A stretch of DNA of 64,000 bases from Candidatus Hydrogenedentota bacterium (GTDB lineage: Bacteria; Hydrogenedentota; Hydrogenedentia; Hydrogenedentales; SLHB01). The translations under genes were made by a program, and so were the position numbers. Below the pieces are notes generated by a model. It had not been told where the DNA came from. It saw only the letters and a list, made by a program, of their open reading frames with translations, and ran no database searches. The stretch is from assembly GCA_963674865.2 (NCBI GenBank), contig CAXXYE010000004.1:384001-448000 (forward strand), in the 5' to 3' direction. Each line of letters begins with the position of its first letter. Within the stretch, counting starts at the first letter, position 1. Of the stretch, positions 1 through 8,961 are shown one piece after another.

Positions 1-842
1 GCTTCGCCCGAGGCCAACTGGGACAGGTGCGTTGCCTTGCCGCCGGGTGCGGCGCAGAGGTCTAATATCCTCTCGCCCGCCGTCGGTTCCATCAAATGAG
101 CTGGAAGCATGGAAGCCGCGTCCTGCAATACGAAGTGCCCGGCCTGGAAAAACTTCGTGCGCACAGGGGGGACCGTACCCGAGACGGTGATTTCCTCGGG
201 AACGGCGGTGCGCTTCTGTGCGGAGAAGCCCGACTTCGCCAGTGCTGCCGCGAGCGCCTCGGGCGTGGTTCTAATGGTATTGGCACGGAGCGTTGTGGGT
301 GCTTCGGTATTGGATGCCTCGCACAGCCCTTGCCCTGTTTCCTCGCCGAACTCTGCAAGCCAACGCGCAACAAGCCACGACGGCATCGAGTAGCGAACGC
401 TCAGATGGCGCTCGAGATCGCTCTCAGGATCGGGGAGCCGTACTTCCTCGATGCGTTCCGGCGCGCGCTTCAAGACGGCGTTCACCAGGCGCGCAGTGCC
501 TGCGTGTCCTCGGCGCTTCGCCAGCTCGACCGAGGTGTGAACCATGGCGGGAGTCGTCACCTGGGTGCTGAAGAGCGACTGGAAGACACCCATCCGCAGG
601 ATCGCGCGAATCGGCGCGGGCAGGTCGTCGAGCGGCTGATGGAGGACACCCGCAAGGACGTGATCCACCAGCAGTCTATGCCGCACCGTACCGTAGACAA
701 GGTGAGTCAGAAAGCGGCGGCCGCGCTCGGATACCTGTCTGCGGCGTAAGCCTTTGTCAAGTGCCTCATCCAGATGCGCTCCGCGCTCGAAGACGCGCAG
801 CAGCACGCCGATGGCGGCGTCGCGGACCAGGTCAACACTCAC
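1..842 (-). CDS. rsmB: 16S rRNA m5C967 methyltransferase RsmB/Sun (N-terminal part; runs off window start)
   Basis: Manual translation, not in ORF track: GTG at 842, MSVDLVRDAAIGVLLRVFERGAHLDEAL...LVYGTVRH (NusB-like) ... FVLQDAASMLPAHLMEPTAGERILDLCAAPGGKATHL; overlaps fmt stop. Confidence 0.93.
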   Translation of the reverse strand, partial: MSVDLVRDAAIGVLLRVFERGAHLDEALDKGLRRRQVSERGRRFLTHLVYGTVRHRLLVDHVLAGVLHQPLDDLPAPIRAILRMGVFQSLFSTQVTTPAMVHTSVELAKRRGHAGTARLVNAVLKRAPERIEEVRLPDPESDLERHLSVRYSMPSWLVARWLAEFGEETGQGLCEASNTEAPTTLRANTIRTTPEALAAALAKSGFSAQKRTAVPEEITVSGTVPPVRTKFFQAGHFVLQDAASMLPAHLMEPTAGERILDLCAAPGGKATHLSQLASGE

Positions 843-1776
843 CCGTAATATCCTCGAATCGATCGCCGCGTGCGATGGTGTGGCCCCGAAGGAAATCGGC
901 AACGGACATGGCGCGTTTCCCGGGCATCTGGATCACGCGGACACCCAGGAGCCCCGCGCCCGTTGCCACACAGAGCCGTTCGTTTTCGACGCGCACGACC
1001 GTGCCCGGGGGGGCGGCTGGCGCTTCCGCGATCACCGCCGTCTCATGGACACGGCACACTTCGCCCGCGAATATGCAGTGCGCTACCGGCCACGGGATCA
1101 TTGCCCGCACGAGATTATGGATGTCTTGCGCGGACGCCGCCCAGTGAATGCGCCCGTCCGACTTTTCAAAACGCTTCGTCAGGGTGGCCTGGGAGTGTTC
1201 TTGGGGCGTGAAGACGGCCTGGTTGGACGCAACCAGCGCCAAGCCCCGCACCAACAATTCGGCCCCCAGAGTCCCGAGGCGCACGCTCAAAGAGGAGGTC
1301 GTGTCGTCTGACGCGATCGGCAGCTCCTCGCGAAGCAGGATATCTCCTGTGTCCATCCCTGCATCCATTCGCATGATCGTCACGCCTGTGACGCTATCCC
1401 CATTCAGGATAGCCGTGGGAATGGGGGACATGCCGCGATATTTCGGGAGCAGGCTCGGATGAACATTTAAGAAACCGTGCGGCGGGACGTCCAAAATGGG
1501 CTGTTTCAGGATTCGCCCGTATGCGCATAGACAGCAGACATCGGGGCGTTGTGTCTTGAGCCACGCCTCGAAGGCGCCGTCGTTAAGCTTGACCGGTTGT
1601 GCTACTTCGATGCCGTGCTCGAGTGCCCATCTCTTCGTAGGAGGCTGGGCGGGTTTTCCGCTGCGCCCCTTCGGGCGGTCCGGCTGGCACACGACGGCCG
1701 TTACGTCATGGTTTGGCGCTACGGTTTCCAGCGATGGGACCGCCAGTTCAGGTGTTCCAAAAAAGACTACGCGCAC
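832..1776 (-). CDS. fmt: Methionyl-tRNA formyltransferase
   Basis: MRVVFFGTPE, VVCQPDRPKGR, NVHPSLLPKYRG, MDAGMDTGD motifs. Confidence 0.97.
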   Translation of the reverse strand: MRVVFFGTPELAVPSLETVAPNHDVTAVVCQPDRPKGRSGKPAQPPTKRWALEHGIEVAQPVKLNDGAFEAWLKTQRPDVCCLCAYGRILKQPILDVPPHGFLNVHPSLLPKYRGMSPIPTAILNGDSVTGVTIMRMDAGMDTGDILLREELPIASDDTTSSLSVRLGTLGAELLVRGLALVASNQAVFTPQEHSQATLTKRFEKSDGRIHWAASAQDIHNLVRAMIPWPVAHCIFAGEVCRVHETAVIAEAPAAPPGTVVRVENERLCVATGAGLLGVRVIQMPGKRAMSVADFLRGHTIARGDRFEDITGEC

Positions 1777-1788
1777 TAGACTATGAAC

Positions 1789-2124
1789 CTAGATTAACCC
1801 GGGGATATCGATACCCCCTGTCAATTCGCGCATCTTGCTCTTCACCAGCTCCTGGACTTGAACGATCCCTTCGTTGAGCGCGGCGCGAATAAGTGTCTCC
1901 AACATCTCCGGGTCCTCTTTGTCGATCACCTCCGGGTCAATCTTCAGGGAGAGGACCTCGAAGTTGCCTCGCATAGCGACGCTTACCATGCCGCCCCCTG
2001 CTGATACCTCCACTGTCTCGTCGGCGAGCCGCTCCTTTAGCTCCTCGATCTTTCCTTTGACCTCCATGGCCTGTTTGAGCATGTTGGAAAGATCGCCAAG
2101 ACTCCCTAATCCTTTTGGAAACAC
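1789..2124 (-). CDS. ybaB: YbaB/EbfC family nucleoid-associated protein
   Basis: SAGGGMVSV, IDPEVIDKEDPEMLETLIRAALN, C-terminal LTGGIDIPGL; GGAGGAG RBS. Confidence 0.93.
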   Translation of the reverse strand: MFPKGLGSLGDLSNMLKQAMEVKGKIEELKERLADETVEVSAGGGMVSVAMRGNFEVLSLKIDPEVIDKEDPEMLETLIRAALNEGIVQVQELVKSKMRELTGGIDIPGLI

Positions 2125-2248
2125 GGCAGCTCCTCCGGCATTTTTGCGGGGCCACGACCCAATCGCGGCATAGGTGGGGGAGTATACCTATCAGTCGGAA
2201 CGACCCGCAAGAACGGAATCGGCATCCCTGAATAGACGGGAAAGCAGT

Positions 2249-2278
2249 TTGACAAGTGCGCCCAGGTTGCGATATAGC
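2249..2278 (+). promoter_or_regulatory. Putative sigma70 promoter of the cupin gene
   Basis: TTGACA-N18-TATAGC, about 50 nt upstream of ATG 2326. Confidence 0.45.
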
Positions 2279-2325
2279 CCCGTCGTGGAAGGCAGAGCAT
2301 TGACGGATCGAGAAGGAGTCGAGCC

Positions 2326-2685
2326 ATGAAGATAAAGCAAGATGCAGAGGTCCCGGCATCCGCTGTTACATTGCCCGGGGCGGAAAAAGTCACCATGCAG
2401 GTGCTGCTTGGGCCGGACGACGATTCGGACGACATCATCATGCGTCTGTTCACCGTTGCCCCGGGGGGATGTACTCCGTATCACACCCATGACTATGAGC
2501 ACCTTGTGCGCATTCTTGGGGGGCGGGGGAGAGCCGTCGATGAGAGTGGAGCGGAGTACGAGCTGGCCACCGGCCAGAGCATGTTCGTCGTTCCCAACGA
2601 GAGGCATCAGTTCACCAATCCTTACGACGAGCCCTTCGAGTTCACGTGTACCATTCCTAATCCCGAGAAAAGGAAGGGTTGCTGA
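2326..2685 (+). CDS. Cupin domain protein
   Basis: PGGCTPYHTHDYEH and PNERHQF cupin metal motifs; AAGGAG RBS. Confidence 0.9.
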   Translation: MKIKQDAEVPASAVTLPGAEKVTMQVLLGPDDDSDDIIMRLFTVAPGGCTPYHTHDYEHLVRILGGRGRAVDESGAEYELATGQSMFVVPNERHQFTNPYDEPFEFTCTIPNPEKRKGC

Positions 2686-2756
2686 CCCGAGGGTGGCAGA
2701 TGGCTTGCAGCGCGGAATAGTAGGTAGGCTGGAATCCCGCGATGCGCGCGCCTGCT

Positions 2757-2897
2757 GTGACAATTTGTGTCACTTTTTGCACTTCCACGTCATGCCTTAG
2801 AGGGCCCTGCTGCGTTCTTTCTGGCTCGGTTGTTCTCGCAAGTCTTGTCATAATAATGAGTTGACAGATCTTGTCCGTGCGTGGCACACTTGTTGCG
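2757..2897 (+). promoter_or_regulatory. Putative sigma54 promoter with upstream activator palindrome and IHF-like site
   Basis: TGGCAC-ACTTG-TTGC at 2882-2896; GTGACA-N5-TGTCAC at 2757-2773; TAATGAGTTGAC at 2854-2865. Confidence 0.6.
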
Positions 2898-3185
2898 CTT
2901 CCTTCCGTTGCGGGCTATTGAGGTAAGGTGGCCGAAGGCGGCTCAGGAGATTGAGACTGGGCCGCCGGAAGCGAATGTAGAGGCCGCTGGCCAGAGTTGG
3001 CAAGTGAGTTCGTGCTTCCATGGCCGGCAGGGATTATGGGACCCGGTATCAGGAGGGCCCGCCTGGGCACGGGTGTTTGAGGCAATGAGGCAATCAAGTC
3101 TCAGATTGCCGGCAAGGCTGCAGTTTCTTTAGAGATGTACACACGCCACAGGTGTGCTGTGCGTCTGCAACGAGGGAGCAGGTTC

Positions 3186-3962
3186 ATGTTGGCTAGAGTG
3201 CTCGCAGTAGTACTTACCGATGTCCTCCTGTACATTCTCCTTCGCTTGCTGCTCAACTCCCCGTTCACCGAAGGGCGGGGTAGACTGCCCCTTTCCATGG
3301 CCACTTTGGTGTGCATTATGGCTTTGTTCGCCCATGCGGGCGTCAGTCAGGCCGCGGTAGCCTACGCCGCGCTCAATCACGAGCTGCTCTTCGCGATCGT
3401 CTGCGCCGTTCTAGGGGCGGTATTCCTGCTTTCGGCCTTCTTACCGATGTTGACGAACAGCCTTGCCAGTACGACCGTCGACGCGGCTTTTGGAGGAATG
3501 AACGCTAACAATCAGCCTATGCGCCTGGCATCGGACCTTAGTCGCGCCCGGCTCTTCGCCGACAATAACGACATTGATGCCGCCGTCCGCGAATATCGGC
3601 GATATTTCAATAGCGAGCCGGGAAACGCCGAACCGCTTTTGCAGGCTGCCCATCTCTTGCGGCAGGCCAAGCGTCACGATGAGGCTCTCGAGATGTTTCG
3701 GGAGGCTCTGCCTCTTGCATGGCATAACACCGCCGCCTGGTCGGGCGCCGCCTTCCATCTCGCCGACCTCCTATTGCGCCAATACTCGGACATCCAGGGC
3801 GCCCGTCATCTCCTTCGTGAGATTGTCCACCGCGTGCCCGATTCTCCCCTTGGGCGTCACGTATCCCTGAGGCTGCTCCAACCCCCGTTCACCCCGGCTT
3901 CCGCCGACCAGCCCTCCGGGGGGGCCGCGCCTGCTGTCCCCGGCGTCTATCCCGGCCTTTAG
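3186..3962 (+). CDS. Membrane protein with C-terminal tetratricopeptide repeats
   Basis: About three N-terminal hydrophobic helices followed by TPR-like helices (DAAVREYRRY, HDEALEMFREAL); start uncertain (3135 or 3186). Confidence 0.7.
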   Translation: MLARVLAVVLTDVLLYILLRLLLNSPFTEGRGRLPLSMATLVCIMALFAHAGVSQAAVAYAALNHELLFAIVCAVLGAVFLLSAFLPMLTNSLASTTVDAAFGGMNANNQPMRLASDLSRARLFADNNDIDAAVREYRRYFNSEPGNAEPLLQAAHLLRQAKRHDEALEMFREALPLAWHNTAAWSGAAFHLADLLLRQYSDIQGARHLLREIVHRVPDSPLGRHVSLRLLQPPFTPASADQPSGGAAPAVPGVYPGL

Positions 3963-5962
3963 TTCTCCCTTGCTTCGGTGCCCGTGCCTTCGGCCGGATT
4001 CAACACCTTCCGCCAATGCGCGAGCTTGTCCCTTATCTCCTTCGTAATCCATTCGTTGTACATGTAGTAGTAGTCGCCCTCTTTGATCCTGGCTTCCCGG
4101 GCTTTTCCGAGCGCGGTATCAAATTGCACGACGGTTTGCTCCAAGTCGGCTACACCTTGCTCAAGGGAATCCATCGAAGCCGTGCTCAAATACCCCCCGA
4201 TGTGGTTTGCCGCCTCTTGCTGATACAGCATCGCCCGGACCTCGGCCGCCTCAAACTGCGAACGCTTGACCTCGCTCACGGCCAGTACTCTTACGCGTTC
4301 AGGCCAATCAGGTGACACAGCCTCAGCCAATGCCGCTGCTGACTCCGCCAGGTTCTTTGACCCTTTGCGATATATGGTCGCCATCTCCTGTCCCACAGGC
4401 GCGGTCGTTTCGGGAATCCATCGATAATCCGCCCAAAGGTGGCCTTCATGTTCCCATCGCATGACATGAGCGAACACAGCCGCCCGCTCCGAGAGGTAGT
4501 GAATCCATGGCTCGGGATCCTCAGGCAGTATCCGACTCGCCAGGGCTTCGATGAATCCGTCTGCCGTCATTTCGGCATCCCACATGCCCCGCGCGAATAC
4601 AAGCAGGTTGGTCATCATGAGAATCGGTACGAAGCTGGTGCCGACCTGAAGGCAGATGTGGGATTCGATGCCGTGCTCCTCGTAGACGCCCATATCATCG
4701 AGGATGACCCTAGGTAGAAAAGGATACAGGCCTCGGAAAAGGACGCGATCCAGGTAATACTCAAAGGTGTGCGCGTCATCGATCCCGGCAAATTGCTCTA
4801 CCCATTCCTCCAAAGCTCCTAGATGCGTCCGGTTGACACAACACGAAGGATCGTCGAGGGCGTGTCCGTAGCATCTTGTTCGTGGCGCGTACAGCAGGAA
4901 AGACTCCGGGGGAGGCTGAATCTTGCCCCCGGGAAACAAGGTGTCGTGATAGACGAGCATCGGCACGCGCATCGGCAGTTCCTCATCGCGCACGACCTCT
5001 GCAAGGATTCGCATCGCCTGCATGGCCTGATCCGAGGCCACGAACGAGCGGCACGTCGGGCACTGACACCAGCCCCCTCCCGGCAGGTCCTCAGGCCACG
5101 CGTGCCACGCGTAGACTCCCTCCGCCGAAAGCTCCTTCAACTTCTCGCGGTAATTCTCCTGGATGATACGCTTTGCCTCGCGACTGGCAACGCAGAAGTT
5201 GTAGTCGCTCACCCGCTTCCCGAAGAAATCCGAGGGAAGGTCCATGCGGTAGATATCGGGATTCTCTTCCAGGCGGCCCCTCGGGAGCAGGGTGTCAAGA
5301 TCATGGCCGCCTATCTCGATGCGGAGTCCAAGTCTCTCGGCTAGTTCGCGGTCCGTCGGCTGACAAAGAGCGTTAAAGCGTACCTTGGCGTAGAACGACG
5401 CCCACTCCTCACTCGAGGAGCCGTTGAAGATGCCTCGATGCGGGAAGCGTGGATTGACGAGGGCCCTGCCCGGTTGAAGGGCCATGGGTCTCCCGTTGAG
5501 GGGCGGCCATTCACCCTCAGGGCCCGGATAGAGGAAAAGGTAGCCAAGCCGTTCTGCGAGTTCGTAAACAGCGTTAAGAATACCCTTCGGCGTCGTCGCA
5601 CTCAGGACGACGCCACGGGGCGATACATCCAGTAAGAAACCGTCGGCCACGATGCCTTCCGGCACACCGGGCGAGGTGGGCGAGAGGGCGCCACCATCGG
5701 GCCGTAGCTCCAGACGCCAACCGAAGGCGTCGTCCGCCGCGGCGACGACGTTGGATTCAACTCCCAATCCCTCGAGCAACCGCGTCAATTCAGACACCGC
5801 GTATTCGTAACAAGACGAGCCGGAGGCCGGGGAGCGCAAGACGGCTATGGCGGATGGCAAAACAACAGCCGTGTCGCTGGAGCCGGACACGGTGCTCTCA
5901 TCCGCCCAGCCGCCGACGCACAATGTCAAACTCGCCAAAATCAAGACCACGCGTGATGACAT
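3959..5962 (-). CDS. Secreted DUF4838-like protein with GH20/GH67-type N-terminal domain
   Basis: Signal peptide MSSRVVLILASLTLCVGGWA; GILNAVYELAERLG...PRFPHRG; WCQCPTC; YHDT; GGAGGGG RBS before ATG 5962. Confidence 0.7.
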   Translation of the reverse strand: MSSRVVLILASLTLCVGGWADESTVSGSSDTAVVLPSAIAVLRSPASGSSCYEYAVSELTRLLEGLGVESNVVAAADDAFGWRLELRPDGGALSPTSPGVPEGIVADGFLLDVSPRGVVLSATTPKGILNAVYELAERLGYLFLYPGPEGEWPPLNGRPMALQPGRALVNPRFPHRGIFNGSSSEEWASFYAKVRFNALCQPTDRELAERLGLRIEIGGHDLDTLLPRGRLEENPDIYRMDLPSDFFGKRVSDYNFCVASREAKRIIQENYREKLKELSAEGVYAWHAWPEDLPGGGWCQCPTCRSFVASDQAMQAMRILAEVVRDEELPMRVPMLVYHDTLFPGGKIQPPPESFLLYAPRTRCYGHALDDPSCCVNRTHLGALEEWVEQFAGIDDAHTFEYYLDRVLFRGLYPFLPRVILDDMGVYEEHGIESHICLQVGTSFVPILMMTNLLVFARGMWDAEMTADGFIEALASRILPEDPEPWIHYLSERAAVFAHVMRWEHEGHLWADYRWIPETTAPVGQEMATIYRKGSKNLAESAAALAEAVSPDWPERVRVLAVSEVKRSQFEAAEVRAMLYQQEAANHIGGYLSTASMDSLEQGVADLEQTVVQFDTALGKAREARIKEGDYYYMYNEWITKEIRDKLAHWRKVLNPAEGTGTEAREN

Positions 5963-6060
5963 GACTACTCCCCTCCTGCGATGTTTCGATTGAACCACTG
6001 CCTTCCCGAACAAAGGATATCGATTCGTTGGGGGAGCGGCGGCGCCGGTGGTGAACGGAA

Positions 6061-6357
6061 TCACTTCTCCTGCGGCGCAAGCCGCTTGTTCAGCCGGTAG
6101 ACAAACGCAAGGATCTCGGCTACAGCGCGATAGAGTTCCCCAGGAATCTCCGTATTGACATCAAGTTTGGAGAGGACGGCCACAAGGTCGGGGTCCTCAT
6201 AGACGTGCAGGCCGTGCTCATGGGCGATCTCGATAATGCGTTCCGCCAATAGTCCGGCCCCCTTGGCCACCACCCGGGGCGCCTGCTCCTTTTCCTGGTC
6301 ATAGCGCAGCCCAATGGCTTTGCGCCGGTGTTCCGCCTCGTGCTCAGGGGATGTCAT
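6061..6357 (-). CDS. FlhB C-terminal-like (EscU/YscU/HrcU, FlhX/YlqH-type) protein
   Basis: KAIGLRYDQEKEQAPRVVAKGAGLLAERII...EIPGELYRAVAEILAFVY; ATGA overlap with upstream gene. Confidence 0.9.
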   Translation of the reverse strand: MTSPEHEAEHRRKAIGLRYDQEKEQAPRVVAKGAGLLAERIIEIAHEHGLHVYEDPDLVAVLSKLDVNTEIPGELYRAVAEILAFVYRLNKRLAPQEK

Positions 6358-7559
6358 ACGCTTGCCTCGAAAGGCCGGAACCGGCGCATGAGCCCGGCGG
6401 CGGCGGCGAATCTGTCCCCGTCCCATCCCTCGACCCGCACCTTCGCTCCAGGATAGCCTGCGTCCGCCAGGGAGTCGACCAAGTCAGCGGTGGCGGACTC
6501 GATGGCCTTCACCGCGGCCGGCCTATCAACCCGAAACCAACAGCTACAGTGCCCTTGTGTTATCTTCACGCTAATCCACAGACTGCCCAACTGGGTCGTA
6601 GCGAGGTCAAGAATCACCGTGGCGTTGGCTGGGTCAAACCGTCGGCCGCCTTTCTCCTCACCGAAGAAATGCACTTGTGCGTGGGTGATGGGACTGCCGG
6701 CCCCAAAGGGCAATTCCAGAAAGAGGTAAGGCTGCTCGAATGAGCGCAGATTCTGGAGCGCCTGGCCCGAGAAGCGGGCGTGGATGCGGCTCATTGCCTC
6801 TCGAAAGGCGGTTTCTTCGCCCGCGTTGCGTAAGAATCGGCCCAGTCCCTCATGTTCCCGCAGTTGGGCCGCTAGAGCCCGGATGTCCGCGGAGAGCTCA
6901 TCCAGGAGGTCTTCCAGCGTGCCGGAGGCCGCCGCGGCCGCGATACGAGCCGCCAGTGACTTGCCGCTTCTCGATGCGGCCTGCCGCAAGACCCGGTCGA
7001 AGTCGCGCGGATCGGATGCGAAGAGGCGGGCGAGCGCTTCCGCGAACGCTCGGGCCAGTTCCCGGGGAACGACACCCGCCGCCGCGGCGCGTGCCAATGC
7101 CGATGAGACGGCGTCTAGGTCTTCCGCCAGGGAATCCCAAGCGGCAAAAAGGGCCAGCAAGTCGCGGACGGCGGCTCCATTCGTGGGCAGATTGCGTGGG
7201 AGCAGGCGGGGAGCCAAGTCCGCCGCATGCAGCATGCCCAGTGTCTCGAGCGCGGTGGCAACGGCTGTGCCCAGAGCGGCGGGAGCACCCGAATCTCCGG
7301 CGGGGACATTCTGAGGGGATACCTGGAGTTGCAGGACTTGTCCCTCTTGTACAACCTGCGCTGTGACGTTCTGCCCGGGCTGAAGACCACCATCGGCGGG
7401 AATAGGAATTCGGAGGGCGCCGACTTGAATGGAAAGGGCGTCGCCTCGCGCCTGGACTGTGGTTTGAAACACCTGCCCGGGCCGTAGGCTCGATGTCACT
7501 GAACCTTCGAGCCTTACCAGTGTGGCAGAGGGGAAGTCGACGCTGCCCGCTCCCGCCAC
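6354..7559 (-). CDS. fliK: Flagellar hook-length control protein FliK-like
   Basis: C-terminal T3S4-like domain (VILDLATTQLGSLWISV...LVDSLADAGY); adjacent to FlhB-like gene. Confidence 0.6.
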   Translation of the reverse strand: MAGAGSVDFPSATLVRLEGSVTSSLRPGQVFQTTVQARGDALSIQVGALRIPIPADGGLQPGQNVTAQVVQEGQVLQLQVSPQNVPAGDSGAPAALGTAVATALETLGMLHAADLAPRLLPRNLPTNGAAVRDLLALFAAWDSLAEDLDAVSSALARAAAAGVVPRELARAFAEALARLFASDPRDFDRVLRQAASRSGKSLAARIAAAAASGTLEDLLDELSADIRALAAQLREHEGLGRFLRNAGEETAFREAMSRIHARFSGQALQNLRSFEQPYLFLELPFGAGSPITHAQVHFFGEEKGGRRFDPANATVILDLATTQLGSLWISVKITQGHCSCWFRVDRPAAVKAIESATADLVDSLADAGYPGAKVRVEGWDGDRFAAAAGLMRRFRPFEASV

Positions 7560-7560
7560 G

Positions 7561-8433
7561 TCAACGCTCCTTGTCCTTGCGCAGGCTGAGGATAAGGCGT
7601 ACTTCTCCCTTGGGGACGCCTAGCTCACGAGCGATTTGCGGCACGCTCATTCCGGCATCGCTATACTCGTACACCCGAGCCTGCACCGGCGTGACGCCGC
7701 CACGTCCGCTTGCTCGTTGTTTCGGCGACGGCCCGGGTCCTGCCGGATGGGTAGCCGAGGGTGGAGGGCCCTCGCCCATATCCAGAAGGGCTTTGAAGGC
7801 TTGGCGCGCGGCAGCGGGATCCTCCGGGGCCTCAGGAAGCGGTTCCACTTCCTCCAGCGCGTAGGGATCGCTTCGCGCCTCGCCAAGGTCCAGGCCGACC
7901 CAAGCGTCAAAGTCATCCTCCGCATCGCCGTTCTCTTGAGGGCGAACCACCACTTCCAAGCCCGGCCCGGTTGGCTGGGCGTCGTCGAGATTCAGCGCGG
8001 GGGGGGGCGGCGTGCCGTGTTCGACAGGTTCCTCCGAGATAGCCTGCTCCCCGGGAATGGCCGTGGACGGCTCTTTCACGTATCCGACCTGCCTCTGAAC
8101 GCTGGCCAGTTCCTCCCGGATGTCCTCCAGCTGACGCGTGAGAGTTCGCTGTTGGGCCACGAGCCGCTGGTGGGTATCCAGCGTTTCGCTAATGGCCTTA
8201 CGGATAATGGCGACCTTCTTGTCCAGGGTGGCGTTGAGGTTGCGGGCGAGTTCCTTCTGCTGGCGCACCAGATCGCGCATGGTCTGGAATAGGATGATCA
8301 TGTTGGTGAGGTCGTCTTGACGCTCACTGGTGAGACGGTTCGTAACGTGTTGCTCACGTTTGTAAAGGACGTAAAGGAGGAATAGGGCTACCCCTAGCGA
8401 CGCTGTCCCCAGGGAGATCAGGACGTCGGCCAT
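7561..8433 (-). CDS. Flagellar-operon membrane-anchored coiled-coil protein with C-terminal HTH (DUF2802/DUF6115-like)
   Basis: N-terminal TM, coiled coil, acidic linker, GMSVPQIARELGVPKGEVRLILSL. Confidence 0.7.
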   Translation of the reverse strand: MADVLISLGTASLGVALFLLYVLYKREQHVTNRLTSERQDDLTNMIILFQTMRDLVRQQKELARNLNATLDKKVAIIRKAISETLDTHQRLVAQQRTLTRQLEDIREELASVQRQVGYVKEPSTAIPGEQAISEEPVEHGTPPPPALNLDDAQPTGPGLEVVVRPQENGDAEDDFDAWVGLDLGEARSDPYALEEVEPLPEAPEDPAAARQAFKALLDMGEGPPPSATHPAGPGPSPKQRASGRGGVTPVQARVYEYSDAGMSVPQIARELGVPKGEVRLILSLRKDKER

Positions 8434-8640
8434 AGTTCCCCTTCTCCTCGAACATGCTTCCGGGCCAGGGGCTTGCCCAATTGCTGCCCCTCCGGTCGCA
8501 CTGCTTCGGCCCGGCGCCTACGAAGACGCGCCGTACCCGTCCTGTGCCGTGGATTGTCCAGGCTGTCATCCTACCGAAGGCGGCCGACACGTTTCCTAAG
8601 AGTCCGGCGGGCTTCGGATCAGGCTGTAGCCTCGCGCGGG

Positions 8641-8961
8641 TCAGACGGTCACGTCGAGGTGGTGTTCCTCGTCACCATTCGGCGTATCGCCCTCTTCGCG
8701 GCCAGGCTTTTCCTGTTGGGAGCCCTTCTTGCGGCGTCTGCGTCCCACGAAGGGAGCGCGGCGGCGACCCTCCGCGTCCACCTGGCTGTGTTCACCGTGT
8801 TCTGTCTGGTGGACCTGTGTTTCCTGCTGGACCCTCTCGGCCTCCTCGTCGGCGGCGGAACGCTGTTGTGCCGCTAGTGAGGCCCGATCGGCGACCTGCT
8901 GGATGCGTTCTGCGGCCGCAATGCGGGCAACCTCCGTCTGAAAGTCCACTGGTTGCGGCAT
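8641..8961 (-). CDS. Small hypothetical flagellar-operon protein
   Basis: MPQPVDFQTEVARI...HHLDVTV; start overlaps fliA stop (TGATG) with AAGGAG RBS. Confidence 0.75.
   Translation of the reverse strand: MPQPVDFQTEVARIAAAERIQQVADRASLAAQQRSAADEEAERVQQETQVHQTEHGEHSQVDAEGRRRAPFVGRRRRKKGSQQEKPGREEGDTPNGDEEHHLDVTV

Noticed and set aside
96..749. 217-aa plus-strand ORF and neighbours
   Set aside because: Antisense shadow of rsmB, which the ORF track missed because it runs off the window edge
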